In this document: positions 1 through 10,968 of the stretch, piece by piece
How positions within the stretch are numbered: position 1 is the first letter of the stretch
How the letters are laid out: every line of letters begins with the position of its first letter
Assembly (NCBI GenBank): GCA_947462515.1
Contig: CANHPJ010000001.1
Span: 1-49,836, forward strand
Origin: Bacteroidota bacterium
GTDB lineage: Bacteria; Bacteroidota; Bacteroidia; JACCXN01
Direction: 5' to 3'
Length of the DNA stretch: 49,836 nt
The notes under the pieces: model-generated
What the model was told of the DNA's origin: nothing
The model's database searches: none
Seen by the model: the letters and a program-made list of their open reading frames with translations, nothing else
Program-made: the position numbers and the translations under genes

Positions 1-227
1 ACCATATTTGCAATCAATGCACGATATAAACCATGCTTAGATCTAACATCTTTATCATCGCTAACTCTAGAAAGAGTTAATTTTGAATCATTATGTTCAA
101 TGCTAATTGCATTATCAACAACTTGAGTTAGGGTACCAAGAGATCCTTTTACAACAACAACATTGTTATTAACTGTAACATCAACTCCTGAAGGAACATC
201 TATGGGTAATTTTCCGATACGTGACAT
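1..227 (-). CDS. rplF: 50S ribosomal protein L6, N-terminal part (3' end cut by window edge)
   Basis: Reverse-strand translation from the ATG at 227-225 reads MSRIGKLPIDVPSGVDVTVNNNVVVVKGSLGTLTQVV..., an L6 N-terminus. It lies directly downstream of rpsH, as in spc operons. It is not in the ORF track because it is truncated. Confidence 0.9.
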   Translation of the reverse strand, partial: MSRIGKLPIDVPSGVDVTVNNNVVVVKGSLGTLTQVVDNAISIEHNDSKLTLSRVSDDKDVRSKHGLYRALIANM

Positions 228-247
228 ACTATAAGGTAATCTTTAAA

Positions 248-643
248 TTAATATACATAACAAATAACTTCACCACCAGCATTTTCATTTTTAGCTTCTT
301 TATCAGTCATTAAACCTTTTGAAGTAGAAATAATAGCTATACCTAAACCATTTAATACTCTAGGAATACTATCAACACCTGCATACCTTCTTAAACCTGG
401 TCTACTAGCTCTTTGAAGTTTTTTAATAGCAGGAACTTTAGTTATAGGATGATATTTCAAGGCAATTTTTATTAAGCCTTGTGTATCATTATCCTCAAAT
501 TTGTAATTTAAAATATATCCTTTTTCAAATAAAATTTTGGTGATGTTTTTTTTAATGTTTGAAGCAGGAATTTCAACAATACGGTGGTTTGCACTAACCG
601 CATTTCTTAATCTTGTCAAATAATCAGCTATTGGATCAGTCAT
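248..643 (-). CDS. rpsH: 30S ribosomal protein S8
   Basis: 131 aa. MTDPIADYLTRLRNA... is a typical S8 N-terminus, and the spc operon position fits. Confidence 0.97.
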   Translation of the reverse strand: MTDPIADYLTRLRNAVSANHRIVEIPASNIKKNITKILFEKGYILNYKFEDNDTQGLIKIALKYHPITKVPAIKKLQRASRPGLRRYAGVDSIPRVLNGLGIAIISTSKGLMTDKEAKNENAGGEVICYVY

Positions 644-685
644 TGTTTAAGTAATTATATAAATTTCTATTTTCGAATTGAAAAA

Positions 686-955
686 CTACCAGCTAGATTT
701 AGTAATACCTGGGATTTTACCAAAAAGAGCCATATCTCTAAATAAAACCCTTGAAATACCAAATTGACGCATGTAACCTCTAGGTCTTCCAGTTAATTTA
801 CACCTGTTTCTTAACCTTACAGGACAAGAATTTTTTGGTAATTTCTGCAAAGCAACATAATCTCCAGCAGCTTTTAATGCTTCTCTTTTCTCTGAATATT
901 TATCAACAAGTTTCTGTCTTTTGACTTCCCTTGCTTTCATTGATTCTTTGGCCAT
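686..955 (-). CDS. rpsN: 30S ribosomal protein S14 (long, non-zinc form)
   Basis: 89 aa ending ...[34 protein letters not shown]. It lies between rplE and rpsH. Confidence 0.95.
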   Translation of the reverse strand: MAKESMKAREVKRQKLVDKYSEKREALKAAGDYVALQKLPKNSCPVRLRNRCKLTGRPRGYMRQFGISRVLFRDMALFGKIPGITKSSW

Positions 956-969
956 ACTATAAATCTAAA

Positions 970-1527
970 TTATTTATTTTTTGCTTTGAAAGGTAAACCT
1001 AACTCTTTTAATAAAGAAAGAGATTCAGTATCATTTTTTGAGCTAGTTACAAAAGTAATATCCATACCCAAAATCTTGTTTACTTTATCAATATCAATTT
1101 CAGGAAAAATAATTTGTTCAGTTACTCCTAAAGTGTAGTTACCATTACCATCAAATCCAGTGTTGTTGATACCTCTGAAATCTCTAATACGTGGAAGAGC
1201 AACAGAAATTAAACGATCAAGAAATTCATACATTTGATCACCTCTCAAGGTAACTCTTGCACCTATACCAACACCTTTTCTAAGTTTGAAATTAGAAATA
1301 TCTTTTTTAGACTTGGTTGCTACAGCTTTCTGACCAGAAATTATAGTCATTTCATGAATAGCAGATTCTAAGATCTTTTTATCAGAAACTGCTACACCAA
1401 CACCTTGGTTTAAGCATATCTTTTTAAGCTTAGGAACTTGCATAGGAGATTTAAAACTAAACTCCTTCATTAAAGCCGGAACTATCTCAGCCTTATATTT
1501 ATCTTTTAATCTAGGTGAATAAGACAT
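970..1527 (-). CDS. rplE: 50S ribosomal protein L5
   Basis: 185 aa. [23 protein letters not shown]... is an L5 signature. Its ATG overlaps the rplX stop by 1 nt. Confidence 0.97.
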   Translation of the reverse strand: MSYSPRLKDKYKAEIVPALMKEFSFKSPMQVPKLKKICLNQGVGVAVSDKKILESAIHEMTIISGQKAVATKSKKDISNFKLRKGVGIGARVTLRGDQMYEFLDRLISVALPRIRDFRGINNTGFDGNGNYTLGVTEQIIFPEIDIDKVNKILGMDITFVTSSKNDTESLSLLKELGLPFKAKNK

Positions 1528-1841
1528 TATTTTATAACCTCCCCTGATTTTTTTGAGTATCTAACAATTTTATTTCCTTCTAATTTCCTTCCAACTTTAG
1601 TTGCAATACCATTTTGTAGTAATACTAAGTTAGAAATATGAATAGGTGCTTCTTTTTTAACTATTCCACCTTGTGGATTAGAAGCACTAGGTTTAGTATG
1701 ACGATGAACTAAATTAACACCTTCAATTAAAGCTTTGTTATCGTCTATAATAACAGATAAAACATTGCCCTGTTGACCTTTGTAATTACCAGCAACAACT
1801 TTGACTATGTCGCCTTTTTTAATTTTTATTTTTGCTTTCAT
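1527..1841 (-). CDS. rplX: 50S ribosomal protein L24
   Basis: 104 aa with a KOW-type motif ([18 protein letters not shown]). It lies between rplN and rplE. Confidence 0.95.
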   Translation of the reverse strand: MKAKIKIKKGDIVKVVAGNYKGQQGNVLSVIIDDNKALIEGVNLVHRHTKPSASNPQGGIVKKEAPIHISNLVLLQNGIATKVGRKLEGNKIVRYSKKSGEVIK

Positions 1842-1859
1842 AATTTTAATAAAAACTTA

Positions 1860-2228
1860 TTATAGCACCTCCGGCGCCAGAGAAATTATTTTCATAAATT
1901 GTTTTTCACGAAGTTCTCTTGCAACAGGACCGAAAATACGAGTACCTCTCATTTCTTCTGATGCATTTAACAAAACAACAGCGTTATCATCGAATCTAAT
2001 GTAAGATCCATCTTGTCTGCGAACTTCCTTTCTGGTTCGGACAACAACAGCTTTTGAAACAGTACCTTTTTTAACATTTCCTGAAGGAATTGCAGATTTA
2101 ACTGTAACAATAATTTTATCTCCGATAGAGGCATAACGTTTTTTTGTTCCGCCTAAAACACGTATACAAAGAACTTCTTTTGCACCACTATTATCTGCTA
2201 CTGCTAACCTTGATTCTTGTTGTATCAT
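1860..2228 (-). CDS. rplN: 50S ribosomal protein L14
   Basis: 122 aa starting [18 protein letters not shown]..., a canonical L14. Confidence 0.97.
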   Translation of the reverse strand: MIQQESRLAVADNSGAKEVLCIRVLGGTKKRYASIGDKIIVTVKSAIPSGNVKKGTVSKAVVVRTRKEVRRQDGSYIRFDDNAVVLLNASEEMRGTRIFGPVARELREKQFMKIISLAPEVL

Positions 2229-2263
2229 AATATAAAATACAAATATAATTAATAATCTTTAAA

Positions 2264-2521
2264 CTATTTAGCTCTTTCAATAATATCTACCAATCTCCAG
2301 CATTTATTTTTACTAAGCGGACGAGTTTCCATAATTCTAACTGTATCACCTATGTTGCTTTCATCTTTTTCATCATGAGCCATAAATTTTGAAGTTCTCT
2401 TAACGAACTTACCATATTTAGGATGCATAACTTTTCTTTCAACAGAAACAACAATAGATTTATTCATTTTATTGCTGGTAACTATTCCTACTTTTTCTTT
2501 TCTTAAACTTCTGTTTTCCAT
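2264..2521 (-). CDS. rpsQ: 30S ribosomal protein S17
   Basis: 85 aa. The [20 protein letters not shown]...HDE pattern and the operon position fit S17. Confidence 0.95.
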   Translation of the reverse strand: MENRSLRKEKVGIVTSNKMNKSIVVSVERKVMHPKYGKFVKRTSKFMAHDEKDESNIGDTVRIMETRPLSKNKCWRLVDIIERAK

Positions 2522-2543
2522 TATAAGTAATATTGCTTTTGAA

Positions 2544-2732
2544 CTAAATTTCTCTTTTAACTAACTCTGTTTTAAGTCTAGCTAATTTTCTTCTCAATTC
2601 TTTAATCTTTAGTGGGTTTTCAATAGGAGATATTGAATGACCCATTTTGAGTTTAGAAAGAACTGATGATTCCTCCATAATTTTTTCAAGAAGTTCACTT
2701 TTTGAAAAATCTTTTAAAATATCTTTTTTCAT
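2544..2732 (-). CDS. rpmC: 50S ribosomal protein L29
   Basis: The ORF track gives 2544..2804, but that extension overlaps rplP. The internal ATG at 2732-2730 gives a 62-aa protein ([30 protein letters not shown]...) of normal L29 size, starting 1 nt after the rplP stop (2734-2736). Confidence 0.85.
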   Translation of the reverse strand: MKKDILKDFSKSELLEKIMEESSVLSKLKMGHSISPIENPLKIKELRRKLARLKTELVKREI

Positions 2733-2733
2733 C

Positions 2734-3165
2734 TTAATTAACAGTTTCTTCAGAATAATCTCTTCTAACAATAAATTTGGTACTGATTGGGAGTTTTTGT
2801 GCACCTAATCTTAGTGCCTCTTTAGCAATCTCATGAGAAACACCTTCTATTTCAAACAAGATTCTACCTGGTTTAACCACAGCAACCCAATATTCTGGAC
2901 TACCTTTACCTTTACCCATCCTAACTTCTGCAGGTTTTTTAGTAATAGGTTTATCAGGAAAAATTCTAATCCATAATTGACCTTCTCTTTTCATAAATCT
3001 TGTTATGGCAATACGAGCAGATTCAATTTGACGACTAGTCATCCAAACACCTTCTTCAGCTTTAATTCCAAAAGATCCAAATGAAATCTGGTTTCCGCGG
3101 TTAGCGTTACCTTTCATTTTCATCTTGTGCATTTTCCTGAATTTCGTTCTCTTTGGCTGTAACAT
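2734..3165 (-). CDS. rplP: 50S ribosomal protein L16
   Basis: 143 aa starting [14 protein letters not shown]..., a canonical L16. Confidence 0.97.
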   Translation of the reverse strand: MLQPKRTKFRKMHKMKMKGNANRGNQISFGSFGIKAEEGVWMTSRQIESARIAITRFMKREGQLWIRIFPDKPITKKPAEVRMGKGKGSPEYWVAVVKPGRILFEIEGVSHEIAKEALRLGAQKLPISTKFIVRRDYSEETVN

Positions 3166-3209
3166 TTTTTTAAAAAATTATAAACGTTAAGATTTTGTTA
3201 TATTGAAAA

Positions 3210-3926
3210 TTATTTTTTCTTCTTTGGCTTAAATTTAGTAGGAGGAATTACCTTTTTTTCTTTTGCAACGGCTAAACCAACATTAGGTGATAAATCTCTC
3301 TTACCATATACTTCACCTTTGCAAATCCATACCTTAACACCAATTCTGCCGTAGGTTGTATGAGCTTCAGAAATAGCATAATCAATATCAGCACGTAATG
3401 TATGCAACGGAGTTCTACCCTCTTTATAACCTTCTGACCTAGCCATTTCAGCACCACCAAGTCTACCAGAAACTAAAACCTTAATACCTTCTCCACCCAT
3501 CCTCATTGTAGAGGCAATTGACATTTTGGCGGCTCTTCTAAAAGAAATTCTTCCTTCGATTTGACGAGCAATACCATCAGCAACCAATTTGGCATCTAAT
3601 TCAGGTCGTTTAATCTCGAAAATATTAATTTGAACATCCTTCTTGGTAATTTTCTTTAACTCTTCCTTAAGTTTGTCTACCTCTTGACCACCTTTACCAA
3701 TAATAATTCCTGGTCTAGAAGTGTTAATCGTAACGGTGATAAGCTTTAGTGTTCTTTCAATAATAATTTTTGAAATACTAGCTTTTCTTAAACGCTCTGT
3801 CAAGTAAACACGTATGTGCTCATCTTCAACCAACTTGTCTGCGTAATTATTGCCACCATACCAGTTGGAATCCCAACCTTTAATAATTCCTAGCCTAGCG
3901 CCAATAGGATTTGCCTTTTGTCCCAT
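3210..3926 (-). CDS. rpsC: 30S ribosomal protein S3
   Basis: 238 aa starting [23 protein letters not shown]..., with a KH domain and a Lys-rich tail. Confidence 0.97.
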   Translation of the reverse strand: MGQKANPIGARLGIIKGWDSNWYGGNNYADKLVEDEHIRVYLTERLRKASISKIIIERTLKLITVTINTSRPGIIIGKGGQEVDKLKEELKKITKKDVQINIFEIKRPELDAKLVADGIARQIEGRISFRRAAKMSIASTMRMGGEGIKVLVSGRLGGAEMARSEGYKEGRTPLHTLRADIDYAISEAHTTYGRIGVKVWICKGEVYGKRDLSPNVGLAVAKEKKVIPPTKFKPKKKK

Positions 3927-3936
3927 TATTTAATAT

Positions 3937-4347
3937 TTATTGTTGTTGAATAGTATTAACTTTTTTATCTAAAATCAGGGTAACATGATTAGAACGTTTT
4001 CTAATTCTATGACCTCTACCCTGAGGAGCAGTTCTTAATCTTTTAAGTTGACGAGCGCTATCTACAAAAATTTCTTTAATGTATAACTCGTCGTCTCCGG
4101 CTCTTGTGCCAGACTTTAACTCAAAATTAGCAATGGCAGAACTCAATAACTTTTCAACTCTTATAGCAGCGTCTTTTGACGTATATTGCAATAAATTTAA
4201 AGCTCTATAGGCATTCATACCTCTAACCATATCCGCTACCAACCTCATTTTACGAGGAGACGTAGGACAATTGTTTAACTTTGCAACATAGAAAGATTTA
4301 TTTGCTTCCTTCTTAGCTTCCGCTGTTTGTCTTTTTCTAACACCCAT
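3937..4347 (-). CDS. rplV: 50S ribosomal protein L22
   Basis: 136 aa containing [14 protein letters not shown]. It lies between rpsS and rpsC. Confidence 0.95.
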   Translation of the reverse strand: MGVRKRQTAEAKKEANKSFYVAKLNNCPTSPRKMRLVADMVRGMNAYRALNLLQYTSKDAAIRVEKLLSSAIANFELKSGTRAGDDELYIKEIFVDSARQLKRLRTAPQGRGHRIRKRSNHVTLILDKKVNTIQQQ

Positions 4348-4359
4348 GATAATAAAAAA

Positions 4360-4641
4360 TTACTTTTTACCTTTATCTTTTTTATTTCCACCATGACCTC
4401 TAAAGGTTCTTGTGGGGGAGAATTCTCCAAATTTGTGACCTACCATGTTTTCAGTAACATAAACAGGGATGAATTTTCTGCCATTATGAACAGCAATTGT
4501 TTGCCCCACAAAGTCAGGGGAAATCATTGATCTTCTTGACCAAGTTTTTATTACTGTTTTCTTTCCTGAAGAAACTAAATCAGATATTTTCTTCTCTAGC
4601 TTATAATCAATAAAAGGACCTTTTTTTAACGAACGACTCAT
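4360..4641 (-). CDS. rpsS: 30S ribosomal protein S19
   Basis: 93 aa: [15 protein letters not shown]...[28 protein letters not shown]. Confidence 0.97.
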   Translation of the reverse strand: MSRSLKKGPFIDYKLEKKISDLVSSGKKTVIKTWSRRSMISPDFVGQTIAVHNGRKFIPVYVTENMVGHKFGEFSPTRTFRGHGGNKKDKGKK

Positions 4642-4647
4642 ATAGTA

Positions 4648-5469
4648 TTATTTTCTTTTCTCAACAATATAACGATTTGACATTTTTTTCAAGTACCTTG
4701 TTTTAAGACCTTTAGACTTAAGACCTTTTCTTGATCTTGGATGCCCACCTGATGCTCTTCCTTCACCACCACCCATTGGATGATCTACAGGATTCATTGC
4801 TACAGCCCTAGTTCGTGGTCTTCTACCTAACCATCTACTTCTACCTGCTTTTCCAGAAACTTCCAAATTATGATCGGAATTAGAAACTGAACCAATTGTA
4901 GCCAAGCAGGTAGTCAATATCATTCGGGTTTCACCTGAAGGTAACTTAATTGTGGCGTATTTACCATCTCTAGCAGCTAACTGAGCATAAGTACCAGCGC
5001 TTCTAGCAATATTTGCACCTTGACCAGGTCTAAGTTCAATATTGTGAATAGTGGTTCCTAAAGGTATTTCGCTTAAAAACAAAGCATTTCCAACCTCAGG
5101 AGCCGAACCTTTTCCTGAAACAACAGTACTGCCGACTTTCAAACCATTGGGAGATATAATATATCTTTTCTCACCATCTTTGTAAACAACCAAAGCAATT
5201 CTAGCTGTGCGATTTGGATCATATTCAATAGATTTAACAATAGCAGGAATTTCATGTTTATTCCTTTTGAAATCAATAATACGATACATCTTTTTATGTC
5301 CACCACCAACATAACGAATGGTCATTTTACCATCACCATTACGTCCACCAGACTTTTTTATAGGGGCTAACAAAGACTTTTCAGGTGTTGAAGCTGTTAA
5401 CTCCTCAAAATTTCCCGCTACTTTAAATCTTTGACCCGGTGTAATAGGGTTAAATTTTCTAACTGCCAT
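4648..5469 (-). CDS. rplB: 50S ribosomal protein L2
   Basis: 273 aa: [15 protein letters not shown]...[15 protein letters not shown]. Confidence 0.98.
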   Translation of the reverse strand: MAVRKFNPITPGQRFKVAGNFEELTASTPEKSLLAPIKKSGGRNGDGKMTIRYVGGGHKKMYRIIDFKRNKHEIPAIVKSIEYDPNRTARIALVVYKDGEKRYIISPNGLKVGSTVVSGKGSAPEVGNALFLSEIPLGTTIHNIELRPGQGANIARSAGTYAQLAARDGKYATIKLPSGETRMILTTCLATIGSVSNSDHNLEVSGKAGRSRWLGRRPRTRAVAMNPVDHPMGGGEGRASGGHPRSRKGLKSKGLKTRYLKKMSNRYIVEKRK

Positions 5470-5473
5470 TTTA

Positions 5474-5764
5474 TTAAATATTACTATAAAAATCTATTGA
5501 ATCGCCTATTTTTAGAGAAACTATTGCTTTTTTAAAGGAGCTAGTTCTACCAACAACTAAACCAGTTTTAGTATTTCTAGATTTCACTTTACCTGTATAT
5601 CTAAAAGTTTTAACATCTGTTACTTTTACATTATACAACTTCTCAATTGCATTTTTAACTTCAATCTTATTAGATTCTTTGTTTACAATGAATCCGTATC
5701 GATTAAGCTTTTCAGTAAGAGAGTTCATTTTCTCTGTTACAAGTGGTTTAATTACTATTTCCAT
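5474..5764 (-). CDS. rplW: 50S ribosomal protein L23
   Basis: 96 aa starting [12 protein letters not shown]..., and the S10 operon position fits. Confidence 0.95.
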   Translation of the reverse strand: MEIVIKPLVTEKMNSLTEKLNRYGFIVNKESNKIEVKNAIEKLYNVKVTDVKTFRYTGKVKSRNTKTGLVVGRTSSFKKAIVSLKIGDSIDFYSNI

Positions 5765-5767
5765 CTC

Positions 5768-6400
5768 TTAGTTACTTGATAAAATATTCTCCATTTTTAC
5801 TATTGCACTTTCTGAAATTATTAAGCAATTTGCTTTTAAAATATCGTAAGTGTTAATGTCAGATGCAGCAACTACCTTTGTACCAGATAAATTACGGGAC
5901 GACAAATATAAGTTTTTATTTGAATCTCCAACTATAAATAATGTTTTTTTATCCGAAAGTTTAAGATTATTAAGAAAATCTGTATAAAACTTTGTTTTTG
6001 GAGCATCAAAACTAAAATCTTCTAGTACAACAATGTTGTTTTCTTTTGCTTTGTAAGACAAAGCAGATAACCTAGCTAAAGATTTAACCTTTTTATTCAG
6101 TTTGAAACTATAGTCTCGTGGTTGAGGGCCAAATATTCTTCCACCACCTCTTAGTAATGGACTTTTAATACTTCCTTTACGGGCTCCGCCAGTTCCTTTT
6201 TGCTTATGCAACTTTTTTGTAGATCCAGCTATTTCATTACGTTGTTTAGATTTATGAGTACCTTGTCTTTGATTTGCAAGATATTGTTTAACATCTAAAT
6301 AAATTGCATGATCGTTAGGGTCAATTCCGAATACAGAATCAGTTAATTCAACACTTCTATTAGTTGAGTTTCCCTCTTTGTTTAGTATAGCTATTTTCAT
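5768..6400 (-). CDS. rplD: 50S ribosomal protein L4
   Basis: 210 aa containing KQKGTGGARKGSIKSPLLRGGG. It lies between rplC and rplW. Confidence 0.96.
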   Translation of the reverse strand: MKIAILNKEGNSTNRSVELTDSVFGIDPNDHAIYLDVKQYLANQRQGTHKSKQRNEIAGSTKKLHKQKGTGGARKGSIKSPLLRGGGRIFGPQPRDYSFKLNKKVKSLARLSALSYKAKENNIVVLEDFSFDAPKTKFYTDFLNNLKLSDKKTLFIVGDSNKNLYLSSRNLSGTKVVAASDINTYDILKANCLIISESAIVKMENILSSN

Positions 6401-6401
6401 C

Positions 6402-7019
6402 TTATTTCTCTACAATTACGTAAGATCCTTTTGCACCAGGAATTGAACCTTTTACAAGAATAATGCTTTGATCATTTAAAACTTTTACAATTTCCAAATT
6501 CTGAACTTTAACTCTGGCTCCACCGGTTCTACCAGCCATTCTCATACCAGGGAAAACTCTTGAAGGCCATGAAGAAGCACCCAATGAACCAGGAGCTCTC
6601 AATCTGTTGTGCTGACCATGTGTCTGCATACCTACACCACTAAAACCATGTCTTTTAACAACACCTTGAAATCCTTTTCCTTTTGATGTACCAACAACTT
6701 CAACCCAATCACCTTCTTCGAAAATCTCAGTAGTGACAATATCACCTAAGGATTTAGCGTTTTCAAAACTTTTAAATTCAACAAGCTTACTCTTAGGAGA
6801 AGTGTTTGCTTTCAGAAAGTGACCTTTCATGGCACCTGAAGTGTTTTTCTCTTTCTTTTCTCCAAAGGCTAACTGAACTGCAGAATAGCCATCAATTTCT
6901 AAGGTTTTTACTTGTGTAACAACACAAGGACCAGCTTGTATAACTGTGCATGGAATACTTTTTCCAGCGGCACTAAATATACTGGTCATTCCGATTTTTT
7001 TACCTATGATTCCAGACAT
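6402..7019 (-). CDS. rplC: 50S ribosomal protein L3
   Basis: 205 aa: [15 protein letters not shown]...[13 protein letters not shown]. Confidence 0.97.
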   Translation of the reverse strand: MSGIIGKKIGMTSIFSAAGKSIPCTVIQAGPCVVTQVKTLEIDGYSAVQLAFGEKKEKNTSGAMKGHFLKANTSPKSKLVEFKSFENAKSLGDIVTTEIFEEGDWVEVVGTSKGKGFQGVVKRHGFSGVGMQTHGQHNRLRAPGSLGASSWPSRVFPGMRMAGRTGGARVKVQNLEIVKVLNDQSIILVKGSIPGAKGSYVIVEK

Positions 7020-7049
7020 TATATTTAAAATTAATTAATAATTAAAAAA

Positions 7050-7355
7050 CTAAACTTTAATTTCTACTTCAACACCACTTGGTAATTCAAGTTTCATTAA
7101 GGCATCAACTGTTTTTGATGTGGAGCTATAAATATCCAACATCCTTTTGTAAGAACAAAGTTGAAATTGTTCACGCGCTTTTTTATTAACGTGTGGGGAA
7201 CGTAAAACAGTAAAAATCTTTTTATTGGTTGGAAGAGGAATAGGACCACTAACAACAGCTCCTGTTAATTTAACAGTTTTAACAATCTTTTCAGCTGATT
7301 TATCAACTAAGTTATGATCGTATGATTTTAATTTGATTCTTATTTTTTGGCTCAT
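7050..7355 (-). CDS. rpsJ: 30S ribosomal protein S10
   Basis: 101 aa: [20 protein letters not shown]...[14 protein letters not shown]. Confidence 0.97.
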   Translation of the reverse strand: MSQKIRIKLKSYDHNLVDKSAEKIVKTVKLTGAVVSGPIPLPTNKKIFTVLRSPHVNKKAREQFQLCSYKRMLDIYSSTSKTVDALMKLELPSGVEVEIKV

Positions 7356-7380
7356 TTTAAATAATAAAGAACGTTAATAA

Positions 7381-9486
7381 CTATACTTTTTCTGTTTTAC
7401 CTTTTATTTTAGCAACAACAACATCAGAGATGTTCTTTGGAGCTTCTTGAAAATGCGAAAATTCCATTGTCGAAGATGCCCTACCGGAAGAAATAGTTCT
7501 AAGAGTTGTAACATATCCAAACATTTCGGATAAAGGAACTTTAGCTCGAACAACTTGAGCTCCAGCTTTAGAATCCATACCTTCTATTAGACCTCTTCTT
7601 TTATTCAAGTCACCTACAACATCACCCATATATTGGTCTGGAGTAACTACCTCTACCTTCATAATAGGTTCTAATAAAGATGGACTAGCTTTAGGAGCTG
7701 ATTCTCTGAAACCAATCTTTGCACATATCTCAAAAGATAATGAATCAGAATCCACTGCATGGTAAGAACCATCTTTGAGAACAACCTTCATGCTATCAAT
7801 AGGGAACCCAGCAAGAACACCATTACTTAAAGAAGCTTTAAATCCTTTTTCTACAGCAGGAATATACTCACGAGGAATATTTCCACCAACTACTTCATTA
7901 ACAAACTGAAGACCTGTTACACCTGGATCAGCAGGTCCAATTTCGAATTGAATATCTGCAAATTTACCTCTACCACCAGTTTGTTTTTTATAAGTCTCTC
8001 TATGGAAAACAGTTCCGTTGATTGATTCTTTATAAGATACTTGTGGTGCACCTTGATTACATTCAACTTTAAATTCTCTTTTTAAACGATCAAGAATAAT
8101 CTCTAAGTGAAGCTCACCCATTCCACTAATAACAGTTTGACCAGAATCCTCGTCAGTATGAACTCTAAATGTAGGATCCTCTTCTGCTAATTTAGAAAGA
8201 GCCATACCTAATTTATCTAAATCTGCTTGAGTTTTTGGTTCAATAGCCAAACCAATTACTGGTTCAGGGAAACTCATTGATTCAAGAATGATAGGATGTT
8301 TTTCATCACATAATGTATCCCCAGTTCTAATGTCTTTAAATCCAACTGCTGCACCAATATCACCTGCTTCAATTCTCGGGATTGGATTTTGTTTATTGGC
8401 ATGCATTTGGAAAATTCTAGAAATACGCTCTTTATTGTCAGTTCTTGTATTTAGAACATATGAACCTGCATCTAGAGCACCGGAATAAACTCTGAAAAAT
8501 GCCAACCTACCCACAAACGGATCCGTAGCGATTTTAAAGGCTAGAGCAGCAAAATGATCTTTTTCATCAGGCTTTCTCAATTCTTCAATATTTGTTTTAG
8601 GATTGATTCCCACTATACCTTCTACGTCTAAAGGACTAGGAAGAAACTCCATAACAGCATCTAACATAGTTTGAACACCTTTATTTTTAAAGGCAGATCC
8701 ACACATAATAGGAACGATGGACATATCAATTGTTGCTTTTCTTATAGCGGATTTTAATTCCTCAGGAGTAATAGAATCTGGATTATCAAAAAACTTCTCC
8801 ATCAAACTATCATCATATTCTGCAACAGATTCAATCAATTTTTCTCTCCATTCAGCTACTGTTTCAACTAAATCTTCAGGAATAGGAATCTGTGTGAATG
8901 TCATACCTTGAGTAGCGTCATCCCAAGTAAGTGCCATGTTACTAATTAAATCGACAACACCTTTGAATGTATCTTCGGCACCGATTGGAATTTGAAGAGG
9001 AACTGGATTTGCACCTAATTTCTCTTTAACTTGATTAACAACACTAAAGAAATCAGCACCAGCGCGGTCCATTTTATTAACAAAACCTAAACGAGGAACC
9101 TTATATTTATTGGCTTGTCTCCAAACTGTTTCAGATTGAGGCTCAACACCACCAACAGCGCAGAATAAAGCAACAGCTCCATCTAATACACGCAGAGATC
9201 TTTCAACTTCCACGGTAAAATCAACGTGACCGGGAGTATCAATAATATTCATCTTATATTTATTACCGGCAAAGTTCCAAAAAGTAGTAGTTGCGGCAGA
9301 AGTTATTGTTATACCTCTTTCTTGCTCCTGTACCATCCAGTCCATAGTAGCGGCACCCTCATGTACTTCACCAATTTTATGGTTAATACCTGTATAGTAA
9401 AGTATACGTTCAGTAGTGGTTGTTTTACCAGCATCAATGTGGGCCATGATGCCTATATTTCTGGTATATAATAAATCTTTGCTCAT
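7381..9486 (-). CDS. fusA: Translation elongation factor G
   Basis: 701 aa with a GTPase G1 motif (AHIDAGKTT) and DTPGHVDF, plus full five-domain length. It lies between rpsG and rpsJ with no tuf gene, which is the Bacteroidota arrangement. Confidence 0.98.
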   Translation of the reverse strand: MSKDLLYTRNIGIMAHIDAGKTTTTERILYYTGINHKIGEVHEGAATMDWMVQEQERGITITSAATTTFWNFAGNKYKMNIIDTPGHVDFTVEVERSLRVLDGAVALFCAVGGVEPQSETVWRQANKYKVPRLGFVNKMDRAGADFFSVVNQVKEKLGANPVPLQIPIGAEDTFKGVVDLISNMALTWDDATQGMTFTQIPIPEDLVETVAEWREKLIESVAEYDDSLMEKFFDNPDSITPEELKSAIRKATIDMSIVPIMCGSAFKNKGVQTMLDAVMEFLPSPLDVEGIVGINPKTNIEELRKPDEKDHFAALAFKIATDPFVGRLAFFRVYSGALDAGSYVLNTRTDNKERISRIFQMHANKQNPIPRIEAGDIGAAVGFKDIRTGDTLCDEKHPIILESMSFPEPVIGLAIEPKTQADLDKLGMALSKLAEEDPTFRVHTDEDSGQTVISGMGELHLEIILDRLKREFKVECNQGAPQVSYKESINGTVFHRETYKKQTGGRGKFADIQFEIGPADPGVTGLQFVNEVVGGNIPREYIPAVEKGFKASLSNGVLAGFPIDSMKVVLKDGSYHAVDSDSLSFEICAKIGFRESAPKASPSLLEPIMKVEVVTPDQYMGDVVGDLNKRRGLIEGMDSKAGAQVVRAKVPLSEMFGYVTTLRTISSGRASSTMEFSHFQEAPKNISDVVVAKIKGKTEKV

Positions 9487-9507
9487 AAAATATAATATGA
9501 AAATTAT

Positions 9508-9975
9508 TTAGAATCTAAAGTGAGAATATGCTTTGTTTGCTTCAGCCATTTTATGAACATCTTCTTTCTTTTTAAAAGAAGCACCTTCTTCTTTGGATGC
9601 AGCCATAATTTCATTTGCTAACTTCAAGCCCATAGACTTTTCGTTTCTTTTTCTAGCATAAAGAATCATCCATTTAATTCCTAATGAAACTTTTCTTTCT
9701 GGACGAACCTCTTGTGGTATTTGAAATGTTGCACCACCTACTCTTCTGCTTCTAACCTCAACTTGTGGAGTTACGTTGGTTAAAGCTTTTCTCCATATTT
9801 CTAGGCCACTTTCTTTTGTTTTCTCTTCAATAATATCCATGGCTTCGTAAAACAAATCGTATGCTAGATTTTTCTTTCCATCATACATTAAATTATTTAT
9901 AAACCTTGTAACCAGAGTGTCATTGAACCTAGGATCAGGCATTAACATTCTTTTCTTGGATGATACTTTTCTCAT
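9508..9975 (-). CDS. rpsG: 30S ribosomal protein S7
   Basis: 155 aa starting [19 protein letters not shown]... Confidence 0.97.
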   Translation of the reverse strand: MRKVSSKKRMLMPDPRFNDTLVTRFINNLMYDGKKNLAYDLFYEAMDIIEEKTKESGLEIWRKALTNVTPQVEVRSRRVGGATFQIPQEVRPERKVSLGIKWMILYARKRNEKSMGLKLANEIMAASKEEGASFKKKEDVHKMAEANKAYSHFRF

Positions 9976-10011
9976 TGTTATATATTTTTAAAAGAATCTA
10001 TCAATTATTAA

Positions 10012-10425
10012 TTATTTTTTACCTTTTCCCTTTGTTGGAGCAACAACCGCACCTGGTTTTGGTTTTTTAGCACCATATTTAGATCTACGTTGTTTTCTAC
10101 CATCGACACCAGATGTATCAAGTGCACCACGAACGATGTGATATCTAACACCTGGTAAGTCTTTAACCCTACCTCCTCTGATTAAAACAATAGAATGTTC
10201 CTGTAAATTGTGCCCTTCGCCTGGAATGTAGGCAATAACTTCTGCCCCATTGGTGATTCTAACTTTGGCAACTTTTCTTAAAGCTGAATTTGGTTTTTTT
10301 GGTGTAGTGGTATAAACTTTAGTACAAACACCTCTTTTTTGAGGACAAGAATCTAGCGCAGCAGATTTACTTTTGTTTTCAAGTTTAACTCTTCCCTTTC
10401 TTACTAACTGTTGTATCGTAGGCAT
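10012..10425 (-). CDS. rpsL: 30S ribosomal protein S12
   Basis: 137 aa: [12 protein letters not shown]...[13 protein letters not shown], with a wild-type streptomycin-region lysine. Confidence 0.98.
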   Translation of the reverse strand: MPTIQQLVRKGRVKLENKSKSAALDSCPQKRGVCTKVYTTTPKKPNSALRKVAKVRITNGAEVIAYIPGEGHNLQEHSIVLIRGGRVKDLPGVRYHIVRGALDTSGVDGRKQRRSKYGAKKPKPGAVVAPTKGKGKK

Positions 10426-10504
10426 AAAACTTTTTAATTAAATGATAGGTTTTTACTCGATTATCTTCTCCAAATAATTTGAATACTCAGCATTTTTGGG
10501 ACGG

Positions 10505-10512
10505 CAAAGATA
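10505..10512 (-). promoter_or_regulatory. Candidate Bacteroidota -7 promoter box (TATCTTTG) for the rpsL operon
   Basis: The plus strand reads caaagata, which is TATCTTTG on the minus strand, an exact match to the TAnnTTTG consensus of Bacteroidota primary-sigma promoters. It lies about 80 nt upstream of the rpsL ATG. The -33 element (cTTG near 10531-10535) is only partial. Confidence 0.45.
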
Positions 10513-10968
10513 CACTTAAATTTATATTTTTCAAGAAAAGAATAAAAAAAAACGTGGCAATGGTAAAAAAAATAAAAAATGATCTATTTCAAATGAAAAT
10601 TGAACTTAATAAATTATTAAGAAAGCATTAAACTATTTTATCTAAAGAAAGAACAAGCTTCATTAATGGCTAAAATACATTTTTTTTCTGTAACGATTAA
10701 AATTTTAGAAAATGAATTCAATTAAAGTTAACATCAAAAAAATGATTACACCAATAAAAAACACATTAAAAATTTTAATTAAAAAATTGATATTCAATTT
10801 ACTAGACAAAATTAACTAAACATAAAGTTTAACTATTAAAACACAAAAATAAATTTATCAATACAAAATCTATTAAATTTTAAATTAGATTGATATAAAA
10901 TTTAAACCAGATCAAACCATTATTTATTTACTTTGTATTGTGTTTTAAAAATTTATTAATCAAACGTT

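Noticed and set aside
2733-2804. A longer 86-aa form of the L29 ORF that overlaps the rplP 3' end.
   Set aside because: L29 is normally about 60-65 aa. The internal ATG at 2732 sits 1 nt after the rplP stop, and the extra residues have no L29 counterpart.
10560-10819. Mini-ORFs in the rpsL-helicase spacer: MVKKIKNDLFQMKIELNKLLRKH (10560-10631) and MNSIKVNIKKMITPIKNTLKILIKKLIFNLLDKIN (10712-10819).
   Set aside because: They are in different frames, and their K/I/N-rich composition is what AT-rich random sequence yields. I see no promoter box correctly placed for them. They are mentioned only as something ribosome profiling could revisit.
10426-10968. The long AT-rich spacer as a replication origin (oriC).
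   Set aside because: I found no DnaA-box-like 9-mers (TTATCCACA or its complement, allowing one mismatch). There is no dnaA or dnaN nearby and no clustered repeats typical of a DNA-unwinding element.
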